Virus record (IMG/VR): IMGVR_UViG_3300045988_036724
Direction: 5' to 3' (one strand)
Source of the DNA: a virus
DNA length: 41,473 bases
The number at the start of each line of letters is the position of its first letter. The first letter of the stretch is position 1. The notes beneath the pieces are model-generated. The model was not told where the DNA came from. It did not search any database and saw only the letters and a list, made by a program, of their open reading frames with translations. Of the stretch, positions 7,928 through 16,311 are shown one piece after another. Made by a program: the position numbers and the translations under genes.

Positions 7928-8402
7928 CACCAACACACCAAAGCCTGACAGCGGCGCGGACTACCAGACTGTCAAAGCATGGTTTCAGCAGTGCCTGGAC
8001 GGTCAAAAGGCCGTTGAGGCACAGCGTTCAAAAATTGCACAGATAAGGCTGCTTGCCAGCCATATCACGCCCAGCATGACGGGCATGCCGCTGGCACCGG
8101 GCAACGGGGACAAGGTTGGGGATGGTGCCGCAAACATCGTGGATGAGCGGCGCAGGCTCCAGCGGATGGAGACGGACCTGTGCAATCTGCGCATGGAAGC
8201 CACCCGGCGGGCGTACTGCCTGTATGAGCTGCCGGAATGCGCAAAGGCCATCTGCGAGTACTACGTCAACGGCAAGACGCAAACGGTCATTGCGCAGGAA
8301 TCGGGCTTTCTCGACCCGCGCGTCATTCGGAGCCGGATCAAGCGAGGGCTTATCACTCTAGCGGAAATCTGGGACAGCTTTGATAAAAACGCACAAAAAT
8401 AA
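7905..8402 (+). CDS. putative late-gene transcriptional regulator (sigma-70 region-4-like HTH; DUF1492/ArpU-like)
   Basis: AAGGAGG lies before ATG 7905. C-terminal ICEYYVNGKTQTVIAQESGFLDPRVIRSRIKRGL. It is the last gene before the packaging region. Confidence 0.6.
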   Translation: MTRTWTPDTNTPKPDSGADYQTVKAWFQQCLDGQKAVEAQRSKIAQIRLLASHITPSMTGMPLAPGNGDKVGDGAANIVDERRRLQRMETDLCNLRMEATRRAYCLYELPECAKAICEYYVNGKTQTVIAQESGFLDPRVIRSRIKRGLITLAEIWDSFDKNAQK

Positions 8403-8848
8403 AGCACGTTTTTATACACGCGGTGTCCTGTTAAAATCCTCATGAATAGGATAAAATAATTACAAGCGATTCAGCGCTTTGAGCGCGACGCTTGCCACGC
8501 GGCCTCCGAAACGGTTCCACCCGGCGGGTTTTCATGCTTTCCCGTTCCTTCCCCGTTTCGTGGGCTGCTTCTATATGCGAGATTCCGAAACGGCTCCGCT
8601 CAGAGCTGCGCAACTTTGAGTGCAGTGGGCAGGTTCGAGGCCTTCCTCTCCGCGCGGTTTGACTCCGCGATCTCGCTCCATAACGCGGGGCATCTGTACC
8701 CGCAACCGCCTGACGCATGGGGCTCATCACCCAACCGGCAACACCTCCTTTCTGGCTTTTTCTTCTCTATGTCACACGCATTTTTCCATAACAGCAGAGC
8801 CGGAATCCTAAGCGCGCCGTTCCTTGCGCGCCGGATGTGCGTCAACAA

Positions 8849-8879
8849 AGCCCCGAGACCGCAAACCCGGGGCTTTTTC
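8849..8879 (+). terminator. intrinsic terminator-like hairpin
   Basis: AGCCCCG ... CGGGGCT stem followed by TTTTT. Confidence 0.6.
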
Positions 8880-8966
8880 AATGCTATGTGGCCGCCTGAG
8901 CGCAGTTTGGAGCGCGTGTCAGCTGAAATATTGCTGGCTGGGTCGAGTCCAAGGGCGATTTTTTAT

Positions 8967-9042
8967 ATTCCCGTAGCTCAAGTGATGGAGCAGCGGTCTC
9001 CAAAACCGCAGGCTGCAGGTTTAAGTCCTGCCGGGAATGCCA
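8967..9042 (+). tRNA. tRNA-Trp (anticodon CCA), CCA-encoded
   Basis: Acceptor ATTCCCG/CGGGAAT, D stem GCTC/GAGC, anticodon arm GCGGT-CTCCAAA-ACCGC, T arm GCAGG-TTTAAGT-CCTGC. The D loop lacks GG and the T loop lacks C56. Confidence 0.75.
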
Positions 9043-9128
9043 TTTGCGCACCCTAGAGGGGGCGGCGCAATAGCGGGGCATCTAGCCGCGAAAGTTCCAG
9101 ATGCAGCGGTTCCGCCGACATGGAACCG

Positions 9129-9264
9129 CTTCTTGTATGCCGCCATAGCTCAATTGGAAGAGCGCCGCCCATTTAAGGCGGGACAACGTTGGTGACACCA
9201 CGGGAACATCACTGCACAGCCAACCACTGCGCACATCCATTCCGTGGGTGCTGGTTCAAATCCA
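9129..9264 (+). tRNA. aberrant tRNA-like gene (Lys-UUU-like anticodon loop CAUUUAA) with a 68-nt insertion at the variable-arm position
   Basis: Acceptor GCCGCCA/TGGCGGC, D arm GCTC-AATTGGAA-GAGC, anticodon arm CCGCC-CATTTAA-GGCGG, T arm GCTGG-TTCAAAT-CCAGC. Positions 9172-9239 are extra. Confidence 0.5.
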
Positions 9265-9277
9265 GCTGGCGGCTAGC

Positions 9278-9300
9278 GTGATTTTAGAGTGTCCACTGTG
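9278..9300 (+). terminator. hairpin plus T-run after the tRNA-like gene
   Basis: AGTGTCCA ctg TGGACACT followed by TTT. Confidence 0.6.
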
Positions 9301-9326
9301 GACACTTTTGGAGAGGAGGCATACAA

Positions 9327-9554
9327 ATGTTTGAGCGCTTGAAAGAACTGATTTGCGACATGGCAAAGTTTTTGACGCGTCTCGGCGCTGGCCTTATCCT
9401 CTCGGCCTTACCGATCAGCAACAAAGAAAGCCACTTTGTGCGCTATGCGCGGCGTTTCGGTTTCCGTGCAGACCACACAAAACGCGAGCCTCGGGCAGAG
9501 ATCGGAGGCAGTGGCTGTATCCAAGGAGCACGGCCTGCTATCCGTGCGGATTAA
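9327..9554 (+). CDS. questionable small ORF
   Basis: A strong GAGGAGG lies 8 nt upstream of the ATG, but the second half of the protein is Arg-rich and low-complexity. It is followed by a long imperfect hairpin. Confidence 0.35.
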   Translation: MFERLKELICDMAKFLTRLGAGLILSALPISNKESHFVRYARRFGFRADHTKREPRAEIGGSGCIQGARPAIRAD

Positions 9555-9579
9555 CCGCTGCTGATACAATACGATTAAA

Positions 9580-9627
9580 AGCCTGCTTTTTGCATGATGA
9601 GCTCCATGCAGCAAAGCTGGCTTTTTC
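9580..9627 (+). terminator. long imperfect hairpin plus T-run
   Basis: AGCCTGCTTTTTGCATG ... CATGCAGCAAAGCTGGCT followed by TTTTT. Confidence 0.5.
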
Positions 9628-9629
9628 AT

Positions 9630-9702
9630 GCCGCTTTCGCACAACTGGCAGTGCTCCCGGCTCATAACCGGACGTGTGCAGGTTCGAGCCCTGCAAGCGG
9701 CA
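9630..9702 (+). tRNA. tRNA-Met (anticodon CAT; fMet, elongator Met or Ile2 cannot be resolved)
   Basis: Acceptor GCCGCTT/AAGCGGC, D arm GCAC-AACTGGCA-GTGC, anticodon loop CTCATAA, T arm GCAGG-TTCGAGC-CCTGC. Confidence 0.8.
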
Positions 9703-9773
9703 TATTCGATATTTCGACCGTTCGGATTTTCCGGGCGGTTTTTCTTTTGCACGAGTTTAGAGAGGTGGTGGCT

Positions 9774-10238
9774 GTGGGGGCAAAACTGACAGACCGACAG
9801 AAAAAGAAAATCATTGCGGACTATGTACAGCTCCACAATTACCGCAAAACTGCCAAGCTGAACAACGTCGCCGAAAGCACTGTGCGCAAGGTTGTGAGCG
9901 AAAATCCGGTATGTGCAGATTTGTGCGCCTTAAAAAAAGAGCAGAACACACAGGACATGCTTTCCTACTTGGGCAGCAAGCGCGGGGAAGCACAGGATCT
10001 TCTCGGGCTGTACCTAAAAGCGATGGCAGACCCGGACAAAATCGCAGAAGCAACGCTGCCGCAGCTGTCCACGGCGTTTGGCACCATCGTGGACAAGTTT
10101 GCTATGCTGGGAGACCAGAGCGGCATAGAAGCCCCGGACGATGGCCTGCTTGAGGCTCTGAGCGCTGCCGCAGACCTCAGCCCACCGGATGACGTAGAGA
10201 TGCTGCCGGAGGAAGAGGACGACCATGCGGAAAAGTAA
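9774..10238 (+). CDS. terS: terminase small subunit
   Basis: N-terminal HTH LTDRQKKKIIADYVQLHNYRKTAKLNNVAESTVRKVV and an acidic C-terminus, directly upstream of terL. The track ORF start (9594) overlaps tRNA-Met, so GTG 9774 is preferred (9765 or 9768 also possible). Confidence 0.75.
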   Translation: MGAKLTDRQKKKIIADYVQLHNYRKTAKLNNVAESTVRKVVSENPVCADLCALKKEQNTQDMLSYLGSKRGEAQDLLGLYLKAMADPDKIAEATLPQLSTAFGTIVDKFAMLGDQSGIEAPDDGLLEALSAAADLSPPDDVEMLPEEEDDHAEK

Positions 10239-11472
10239 CGGTTTTCGATGGAAAGCCCTCAGCCAGCGGCAAAAGCAGGTCTTGAGCTGGTGGGCACCGC
10301 AGAGCGCATACAGCGGTTACAACGGCATCATTGCAGATGGCGCTATCCGCTCGGGCAAGACCTTTGCCATGAGCTTTTCTTTTGTTCAGTGGGCCATGAC
10401 CTGCTACAGCGGGCAGCAGTTTGCCATGTGCGGCAAGACTATTGCCAGCTTCCGGCGCAACGTGCTTGGCACGCTAAAGCAGCAGCTTGCGGCCCGTGGC
10501 TACAACGTCAAGGAGCATCGGGCAGAAAACTGCATGACCGTCAGCAAGGGTGGCAGAACCAACGAGTTTTATTTTTTCGGCGGCAAGGACGAGAGCAGCC
10601 AGGACCTGATCCAGGGCATCACCCTTGCCGGGGCATTCTTCGACGAGGTGGCTCTGATGCCGCAGAGCTTCGTCAATCAGGCCACAGCCCGCTGCTCTGT
10701 CACCGGGTCAAAGTTTTGGTTCAACTGCAACCCGGGCAGCCCACAGCACTGGTTTTATCTCGAGTGGGTGCGGAAATGCCGTTCCCGCAAGATGATGTAT
10801 CTTCATTTCACGATGGACGATAACCTGTCACTTGCCGAAGACATCAAGGCCAGATACCGCAGCCAGTACAGCGGCGTTTTCTATCAGCGCTACATTCTGG
10901 GCTTGTGGACGGTGGCCGAGGGTCTTGTCTACGATATGTTCGACCGTAAGAAGCACGTCATTGACAAGATCCCGGCGCTGTCTCCAAAAAGCGCTTATGT
11001 GGCGTGCGACTTCGGCACACAGAACGCAACGGTTTTTCTGCTGATCCAGAAGCAGGCCGAGGCAGACTGCTGGATCGTCACCCGGGAGTATTACTACAGC
11101 GGCCGCGAACAGAAGCGGCAAAAGACCGTGGGCGAGTACGTCACAGACCTCAAGGCGTGGCTGAATGGTCTCAAGCCGGAGAGGATCATCGTGGACCCCT
11201 CTGCCCTGCCCCTGATTACGGAACTGCGCAAGAATGGCTTTACCCAGACCCCCGCAAACAACGACGTTCTGAGCGGCATTCTGGACGTGCAGACCATGCT
11301 GCAGACCGGGCGGCTGAAAATTTACAAAGACTGCAAGCACACGCTGGAAGAGTTCGGCGTGTACGCTTGGGATCCAGATAAAGACGACACCGTGCTGAAG
11401 GTCAACGACCACTGCATGGACGCTATCCGCTATTTCGTGCGCACAAAGCGCCTTGTAAAACTGAGGGATTGA
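10225..11472 (+). CDS. terL: terminase large subunit (PBSX/SPP1-like)
   Basis: Walker A GAIRSGKT, 415 aa, with a C-terminal nuclease-like region (DHCMDAIRY). Confidence 0.95.
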   Translation: MRKSNGFRWKALSQRQKQVLSWWAPQSAYSGYNGIIADGAIRSGKTFAMSFSFVQWAMTCYSGQQFAMCGKTIASFRRNVLGTLKQQLAARGYNVKEHRAENCMTVSKGGRTNEFYFFGGKDESSQDLIQGITLAGAFFDEVALMPQSFVNQATARCSVTGSKFWFNCNPGSPQHWFYLEWVRKCRSRKMMYLHFTMDDNLSLAEDIKARYRSQYSGVFYQRYILGLWTVAEGLVYDMFDRKKHVIDKIPALSPKSAYVACDFGTQNATVFLLIQKQAEADCWIVTREYYYSGREQKRQKTVGEYVTDLKAWLNGLKPERIIVDPSALPLITELRKNGFTQTPANNDVLSGILDVQTMLQTGRLKIYKDCKHTLEEFGVYAWDPDKDDTVLKVNDHCMDAIRYFVRTKRLVKLRD

Positions 11473-12860
11473 TTTTGAGCACTGTATACACTTTCCAGAC
11501 CTTTCAGCAGGCGCAATCCGCCGGGGAGCAGCCTGATTTCATCCGGCGGTTCGTGCAGCAACACTGCGCTTCCAAGCCCTACAAGATGGCTCTGGACGCC
11601 GACCTGTACGACGCACAGAAAAACCCGGGGGCTGAACGCTTCGCGCAGGATTACGCTTTGATGCTGAAACGCCTGTCCAAAAACACAAAGCAGGATGTCC
11701 TGCACCCCGATATGGTCAAGAGTAATCTTTTCCGGCGGCTGAACAAGCAGCGTGCCACCTACTCCCTTGGCAACGGTGTGGTCTTTGCGAACGATGGCGT
11801 GGACAAGGACAGGCTTGGGCAGAACTTTGACGAGCAGATCCAGAAGGCCGGATATTTCTCCCTGATCCACGGTGAGAGCTTTGGCTTTTGGAACAACGAC
11901 CATCTGGTGGTCTTCAAGCTGACCGAGTTCGCTCCCCTGTACGATGAAAAGACAGGCCTTTTGCAGGCGGGCGTGCGATTCTGGCGGCTGAACCCGGACA
12001 CGGATATGCACTATATCCTGTACGAGCTGGACGGCTTCACTGAGTACACGGAAAGCAAAATCGGCAGCACGATGCAGGAGACAACGCCGAAGCAGGCATA
12101 CAAGAGCGTGACCGTCACCACACCCGGCGGCGGGCTGGAAAGCGTGGAGGGCGAAAACTACAGCGCTCTTCCCATTGTGCCGTTGTGGGGTTCCGACCTG
12201 CACCAGAGCACCCTTGTGGGACTGAAAGCCTACATCGACAACACCGATCTGGTGATGTCCGGCTTCTGCAATGACCTGCAGGACTTTTCGCAGATCTACT
12301 GGCTGTGTGAGAACTTCAACGGCATGACCGATGACGAGCTGCAAGAGTTCCTTGTCAAGCTGAATCTGTACCACATTGCAGGCGCAGACACCAGCCAGGG
12401 CGGCAAGATCACCCCCTACACCACCGAGATCCCTGTGACGGCCCGGCAGGCTCTTTTGGAGCTGCTCCACACTCGGGTCTATGAGGACTTCGGCGGTCTG
12501 GACGTGCATTGTGTGAGCGCGGACAGCACCAACGACCATCTGGATGCGGCCTATGAACCGCTGAACCAGAACGCGGACGACTTCGAGGCTCAGGTCAAGC
12601 CGTTCATCCGGCAGATCTGCGCACTGGCTGGCTTTGAAAACGCTATGCCGACATTCAACCGCAGCAAGATCACCAACACGGCTGAACAGGTCGCAACGGT
12701 GATTTCTGAGGCGCCGATCATCGGTCAGGACATGGCCATCGACCTGCTGCCCAACCTGACCCCGGAACAAAAGAAGCAGGCCAAGGCCGCACTGATGGCT
12801 GAGAGCGCAACACGGGAGACCGTGGACGATGCAGAGGATGACAATGGTGATGAAGAATGA
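11469..12860 (+). CDS. portal protein
   Basis: 463 aa, immediately after terL, with an acidic C-terminus. The TTG start is uncertain. Confidence 0.85.
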   Translation: MILSTVYTFQTFQQAQSAGEQPDFIRRFVQQHCASKPYKMALDADLYDAQKNPGAERFAQDYALMLKRLSKNTKQDVLHPDMVKSNLFRRLNKQRATYSLGNGVVFANDGVDKDRLGQNFDEQIQKAGYFSLIHGESFGFWNNDHLVVFKLTEFAPLYDEKTGLLQAGVRFWRLNPDTDMHYILYELDGFTEYTESKIGSTMQETTPKQAYKSVTVTTPGGGLESVEGENYSALPIVPLWGSDLHQSTLVGLKAYIDNTDLVMSGFCNDLQDFSQIYWLCENFNGMTDDELQEFLVKLNLYHIAGADTSQGGKITPYTTEIPVTARQALLELLHTRVYEDFGGLDVHCVSADSTNDHLDAAYEPLNQNADDFEAQVKPFIRQICALAGFENAMPTFNRSKITNTAEQVATVISEAPIIGQDMAIDLLPNLTPEQKKQAKAALMAESATRETVDDAEDDNGDEE

Positions 12861-13891
12861 TTTCTGACCGTGACCGCATTTCCACCCGGCAGCTGAACCG
12901 CCTGCGCCGCCGTATCCTCCGGGTGTACGGCACTGCCCGCCGGGAGATGCAGGAGCAGATCACCGAGTTTTTAGCCAAGTACAAAGCACTGGATGAACGC
13001 AAGCGGGCGCAGATGGCTGCAGGCGAGATCACCGAGGACGATTACCGCATCTGGCTGCAAAATCAGGTCTTTCAATCTGATTTGATGCGAGCCAAGCTGG
13101 ACGGCATCACCCAAACATGCACCACGGCCCAGCAGACGGCCTACAAGCTGGCCCGGGACGAGCAATACAACATCTTTTCCTTTGGCGCAAACTGGGCTTT
13201 CTACGAGCTGGAACAGGCAGCAGGTGTGACGTTCGGGCTGACCCTGTACAACACCGAGGCGGTCAAGCTGCTGCTCAAAGAAAACCCCAAGCTGGTGCCA
13301 AACAAGCGCATCAAGAGCGAGAGCAACCGCACCTATGACGCCCGGGTGTTCAACCGCTACGTCATGCAGGGCATCGTGCAGGGCAAGAACGTCCACGACA
13401 TTTCCATGCAGGCCGTAAACGGCATGGCTGATACAGAGATCCACTGGGCCATGAACAACGCCATCACAGCCCTTACCAGCGCCCAGAACGCCGGGGCTTT
13501 GCAGCAGATGCACAACGCCCAGGCTCTTGGCATCGAGGTCAAAAAGCGCTGGAACTCCACCCACGACTACCGCACCCGTGAGATGCACCGCCTGCTTGAC
13601 CAGCAGACAGCAGAGCTTGACGAGCCTTTCAAGGTCATGGGCTACGAGATTCAGCGCCCCGGCGACCCAAACGCAGCGCCGGAGATGGTTTACCACTGCC
13701 GCTGTGTGCTGTCCTCTGCGCTGGGCAAGTATCCCCGGCAGAACGCCATGCAGCGGGACAATGTGACCAAAGAGACCACCCCCGTCATGGATTACACCGA
13801 GTGGTATAAATCCAAGGGCGGCAAGGAAGCCGAGCAAATGTGGTGGGCGGAAGAACGAAAGCGCAGAAAGGAGAGTTCCAAAAATGAGTAA
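12857..13891 (+). CDS. minor head protein (SPP1 gp7 / Mu F-like)
   Basis: Position after the portal gene, plus the C-terminal signature PEMVYHCRCV. Confidence 0.85.
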   Translation: MISDRDRISTRQLNRLRRRILRVYGTARREMQEQITEFLAKYKALDERKRAQMAAGEITEDDYRIWLQNQVFQSDLMRAKLDGITQTCTTAQQTAYKLARDEQYNIFSFGANWAFYELEQAAGVTFGLTLYNTEAVKLLLKENPKLVPNKRIKSESNRTYDARVFNRYVMQGIVQGKNVHDISMQAVNGMADTEIHWAMNNAITALTSAQNAGALQQMHNAQALGIEVKKRWNSTHDYRTREMHRLLDQQTAELDEPFKVMGYEIQRPGDPNAAPEMVYHCRCVLSSALGKYPRQNAMQRDNVTKETTPVMDYTEWYKSKGGKEAEQMWWAEERKRRKESSKNE

Positions 13892-14309
13892 ACGAGGCTC
13901 TGGAAGTTCTACAAGAGCAAGCGGTGGGACTGCCAACGAACACGAGTTTGAATCTTTTGTAAATGGCAAATGGGTCACCGATTACAGCAAAATTGCGGCA
14001 GCAGAGGCGAAGAAAGCCGCCGTTGTTGTGGATAGTTCCAGATACAAGAAAACGCATAACGACGTTGTATCTTTCGTAAAAGAGCAAGTTGGTGTTGACC
14101 TCAACAAATATCGAAGTGGCGATGGTTCCTCTCCGTCTCACACCACATATTGGGACAAGAGTGGTCCAAAAGTTGCATTTGACCTAAAAGGGATGTCGTC
14201 GAGTGACCGCACAAAACTCATGCAGCTCACACAAAAGCCGTTTGGCGTGACGGTCGAACAGGGTGGTGCATGGATTGGATTCGTTTCGAGGAAAAAGAAG
14301 AAAAAGTAA
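13884..14309 (+). CDS. hypothetical protein with MSKRGSGSS leader (cassette 1)
   Basis: The ATG overlaps the upstream stop (ATGAGTAA). The N-terminus MSKRGSGSSTRASGG is shared with 14944..15414. Ends KKKKK. Confidence 0.65.
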   Translation: MSKRGSGSSTRASGGTANEHEFESFVNGKWVTDYSKIAAAEAKKAAVVVDSSRYKKTHNDVVSFVKEQVGVDLNKYRSGDGSSPSHTTYWDKSGPKVAFDLKGMSSSDRTKLMQLTQKPFGVTVEQGGAWIGFVSRKKKKK

Positions 14310-14327
14310 GGCTTGGAGGGATGAACT

Positions 14328-14951
14328 GTGATCTTGCCGATGGAAAACACCGAGAAAATGATTTTCCCCGGCGTTGGCAAGTATGGCATCCCTGAAATCA
14401 AGCCGGAAACGGACATCCGCATTGACAAACTGGAATGGATCCCGGTCAATTATGCGCTGACAGCCAAAGAAAAGGCCACAAAAGGCGTGCATTTTTACAA
14501 GGACGATTACCAGTTTGAACGGTTCTGGAACAACCCGGATAAGTACATCCCGCTGCTGCAGCAGTTTGGGGCTGTGTGCTCCCCGGACTTTTCTTTGTAC
14601 AGTGATATGCCGCTTGCAGTACAGCTTTTCATGCACTACAAAAAGCACTGGCTGGCTGCATACTGGCAGGCGCACGGCATCCACGTGATTCCAACGCTCT
14701 GCTGGTGCGGCGAGCAAAGTTATGACTGGTGCTTTGACGGAGAGCCCAGAAACGCCATCGTGAGCATTTCAAGTCACGGCACACAATCTGACCCATACGA
14801 AGCAGAGTGCTTTGCTAAGCACTGCCGTGTGGCGCTGGACAGGCTCAAGCCGACAAGCGTTTTGTGGTATGGCAAGTGCCCGGCTGAATTTGACTGGAAC
14901 GTGACCAAAATCAAGCCATTTCAATACGAGAGGAGGCATTACCGTGAGTAA
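14328..14951 (+). CDS. DUF4417-like protein
   Basis: FYKDDYQFERFWNNPDKY...SPDFSLYSDMP...YWQAHGIHVIPT pattern, recalled as DUF4417. GGAGGG lies before GTG 14328. Confidence 0.65.
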   Translation: MILPMENTEKMIFPGVGKYGIPEIKPETDIRIDKLEWIPVNYALTAKEKATKGVHFYKDDYQFERFWNNPDKYIPLLQQFGAVCSPDFSLYSDMPLAVQLFMHYKKHWLAAYWQAHGIHVIPTLCWCGEQSYDWCFDGEPRNAIVSISSHGTQSDPYEAECFAKHCRVALDRLKPTSVLWYGKCPAEFDWNVTKIKPFQYERRHYRE

Positions 14952-15414
14952 AAGAGGTTCGGGCAGCTCTGCGAGAGCAGGCGGCGGTGGAGCTGGCGCA
15001 AAAGAAAAAGAGCTTTTTACTGTTGGAAAAGATGGCGTGAAGACCTATAAGGAAACCGATGAAGGCGTTCGTGCGTTCTTTCACATAAGTGATAATGTTT
15101 GCATTTGGAACAAAGGATTTGATGTACTTGAGGGCGATAAAAGGCCCGTAAGCATGAAGCGAAGCCAGCAATGGGATTATTTGAAAAACCACAACATCAA
15201 CGAATTTAGACTTGAAGTTGCAAAAGGCCAAGAAAAGAGAGCCTTAAAACAAATGGAAGATTATGGTTATCATGTTGTGGCAAAACGAGCAGTAAACGAA
15301 AACGCTACAGCATTGCATCATACGGTTTACTACTATATGTCCAAAAAGAAAATGCAAAGGCTTGGATTGGATTTCAAGGTGGAAACCTACTGGAAAAAAG
15401 GATGGAAAGGATAA
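14944..15414 (+). CDS. hypothetical protein with MSKRGSGSS leader (cassette 2), AT-rich
   Basis: The GTG overlaps the upstream stop (GTGAGTAA). N-terminus MSKRGSGSSARAGGG. Visibly lower G+C than its neighbours. Confidence 0.65.
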   Translation: MSKRGSGSSARAGGGGAGAKEKELFTVGKDGVKTYKETDEGVRAFFHISDNVCIWNKGFDVLEGDKRPVSMKRSQQWDYLKNHNINEFRLEVAKGQEKRALKQMEDYGYHVVAKRAVNENATALHHTVYYYMSKKKMQRLGLDFKVETYWKKGWKG

Positions 15415-15433
15415 AGGCTTAGAGGGATGAGCC

Positions 15434-15886
15434 ATGAACTTTAACTACGACATCAAATTCACCGACAACACCCCGCAGCTGCATGAGGCTCTGGACTCTT
15501 GGGCGGAGCGGGTGCTGACCATCTGGGGCATGAAAGTGCAGGACTACGCCCAGCTGCTTATCGTCCCAGGAACGGAAGAAAGCACCCACATTGAGGGCTA
15601 CGTGGGCGGCGCGCTCAAGCAAAGCCTGACCTTTGTCCTCGACCTTGCAAAAAAGACCGTGACCATCGGCAGCAATCTGTTTTACAGCGTCTATGTGGAG
15701 CTGGGCACGGGCGTTCACGCCACAAACGGCAACGGACGCAAAACGCCGTGGGTCTGGAAAGACTTCAACGGCAAGTGGCACTTTACCCGGGGCATGAAAG
15801 CCCGCCCGTTCCTGCGTCCGGCGGTGGAGAAACACATTGACGAGCTGCGAGAGATCGCGGTGGAAGAAGCGAACAAGGAGGCTTAA
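15434..15886 (+). CDS. HK97 gp10-family-like head-tail joining/tail completion protein
   Basis: Motif YSVYVELGTG...GMKARPFLRPAVEKH. Confidence 0.6.
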   Translation: MNFNYDIKFTDNTPQLHEALDSWAERVLTIWGMKVQDYAQLLIVPGTEESTHIEGYVGGALKQSLTFVLDLAKKTVTIGSNLFYSVYVELGTGVHATNGNGRKTPWVWKDFNGKWHFTRGMKARPFLRPAVEKHIDELREIAVEEANKEA

Positions 15887-15887
15887 C

Positions 15888-16265
15888 ATGAAGAAAATTT
15901 TAGCATCTATCATGCTGCTTGCAGCGCTGTTGCTGTGCGGCTGTTCTGAGGCTTCCAAGGCCAATGCCAACATCTCCAAGCAGGCCGATTACTTTGAGAG
16001 CGAGCGCAAGATCACCGTCTACAACGCCCGCACTGACAAGGTGATCATGGAAGCCGAGGGCTATATGTCCATCTCCAACAACTCGGACAACGAGCTGGTG
16101 TGCACTGTGAAAATTGGCCCAGGCACCTACCGCAAGAACTACATCTACCTGAACGACTACACCATGTATGTGGTAGAGGACATCACCGGCACCCATACCG
16201 ACCCCTACCACTACAAGCTCTACTTCCATACAGACATCCTGCCCAGCGTGGAAACAAGGCCGTAA
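15888..16265 (+). CDS. lipoprotein (signal peptide plus lipobox)
   Basis: AAGGAGG lies before ATG 15888. N-terminus MKKILASIMLLAALLLCGCS. Confidence 0.7.
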   Translation: MKKILASIMLLAALLLCGCSEASKANANISKQADYFESERKITVYNARTDKVIMEAEGYMSISNNSDNELVCTVKIGPGTYRKNYIYLNDYTMYVVEDITGTHTDPYHYKLYFHTDILPSVETRP

Positions 16266-16277
16266 AATTTAATACCT

Positions 16278-16310
16278 AGCGGTTGGCGCACAGCGTCAGC
16301 CGCTTTTTTA
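16278..16310 (+). terminator. intrinsic terminator inside the morphogenesis operon
   Basis: AGCGGTTG ... CAGCCGCT (one mismatch) followed by TTTTTT. Confidence 0.6.
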
Positions 16311-16311
16311 T

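Noticed and set aside
8888-8960. tRNA-like stretch (GCGC-AGTTTGGA-GCGC ... GGGTCGAGTCC)
   Set aside because: The D-arm-like and T-loop-like pieces are present, but no acceptor stem can be formed, the T stem is mismatched, and the anticodon loop would be 9 nt. At best it is a decayed tRNA remnant.
9594-9773. Upstream part of the track ORF 9594..10238
   Set aside because: It overlaps the well-formed tRNA-Met (9630-9702). The terS-like sequence only begins after the GTG cluster at 9765-9774, which has an RBS.
11430-13978. 446-aa and 335-aa minus-strand ORFs
   Set aside because: They are antisense to the portal and gp7-like genes, for the same reasons as the other shadow ORFs.
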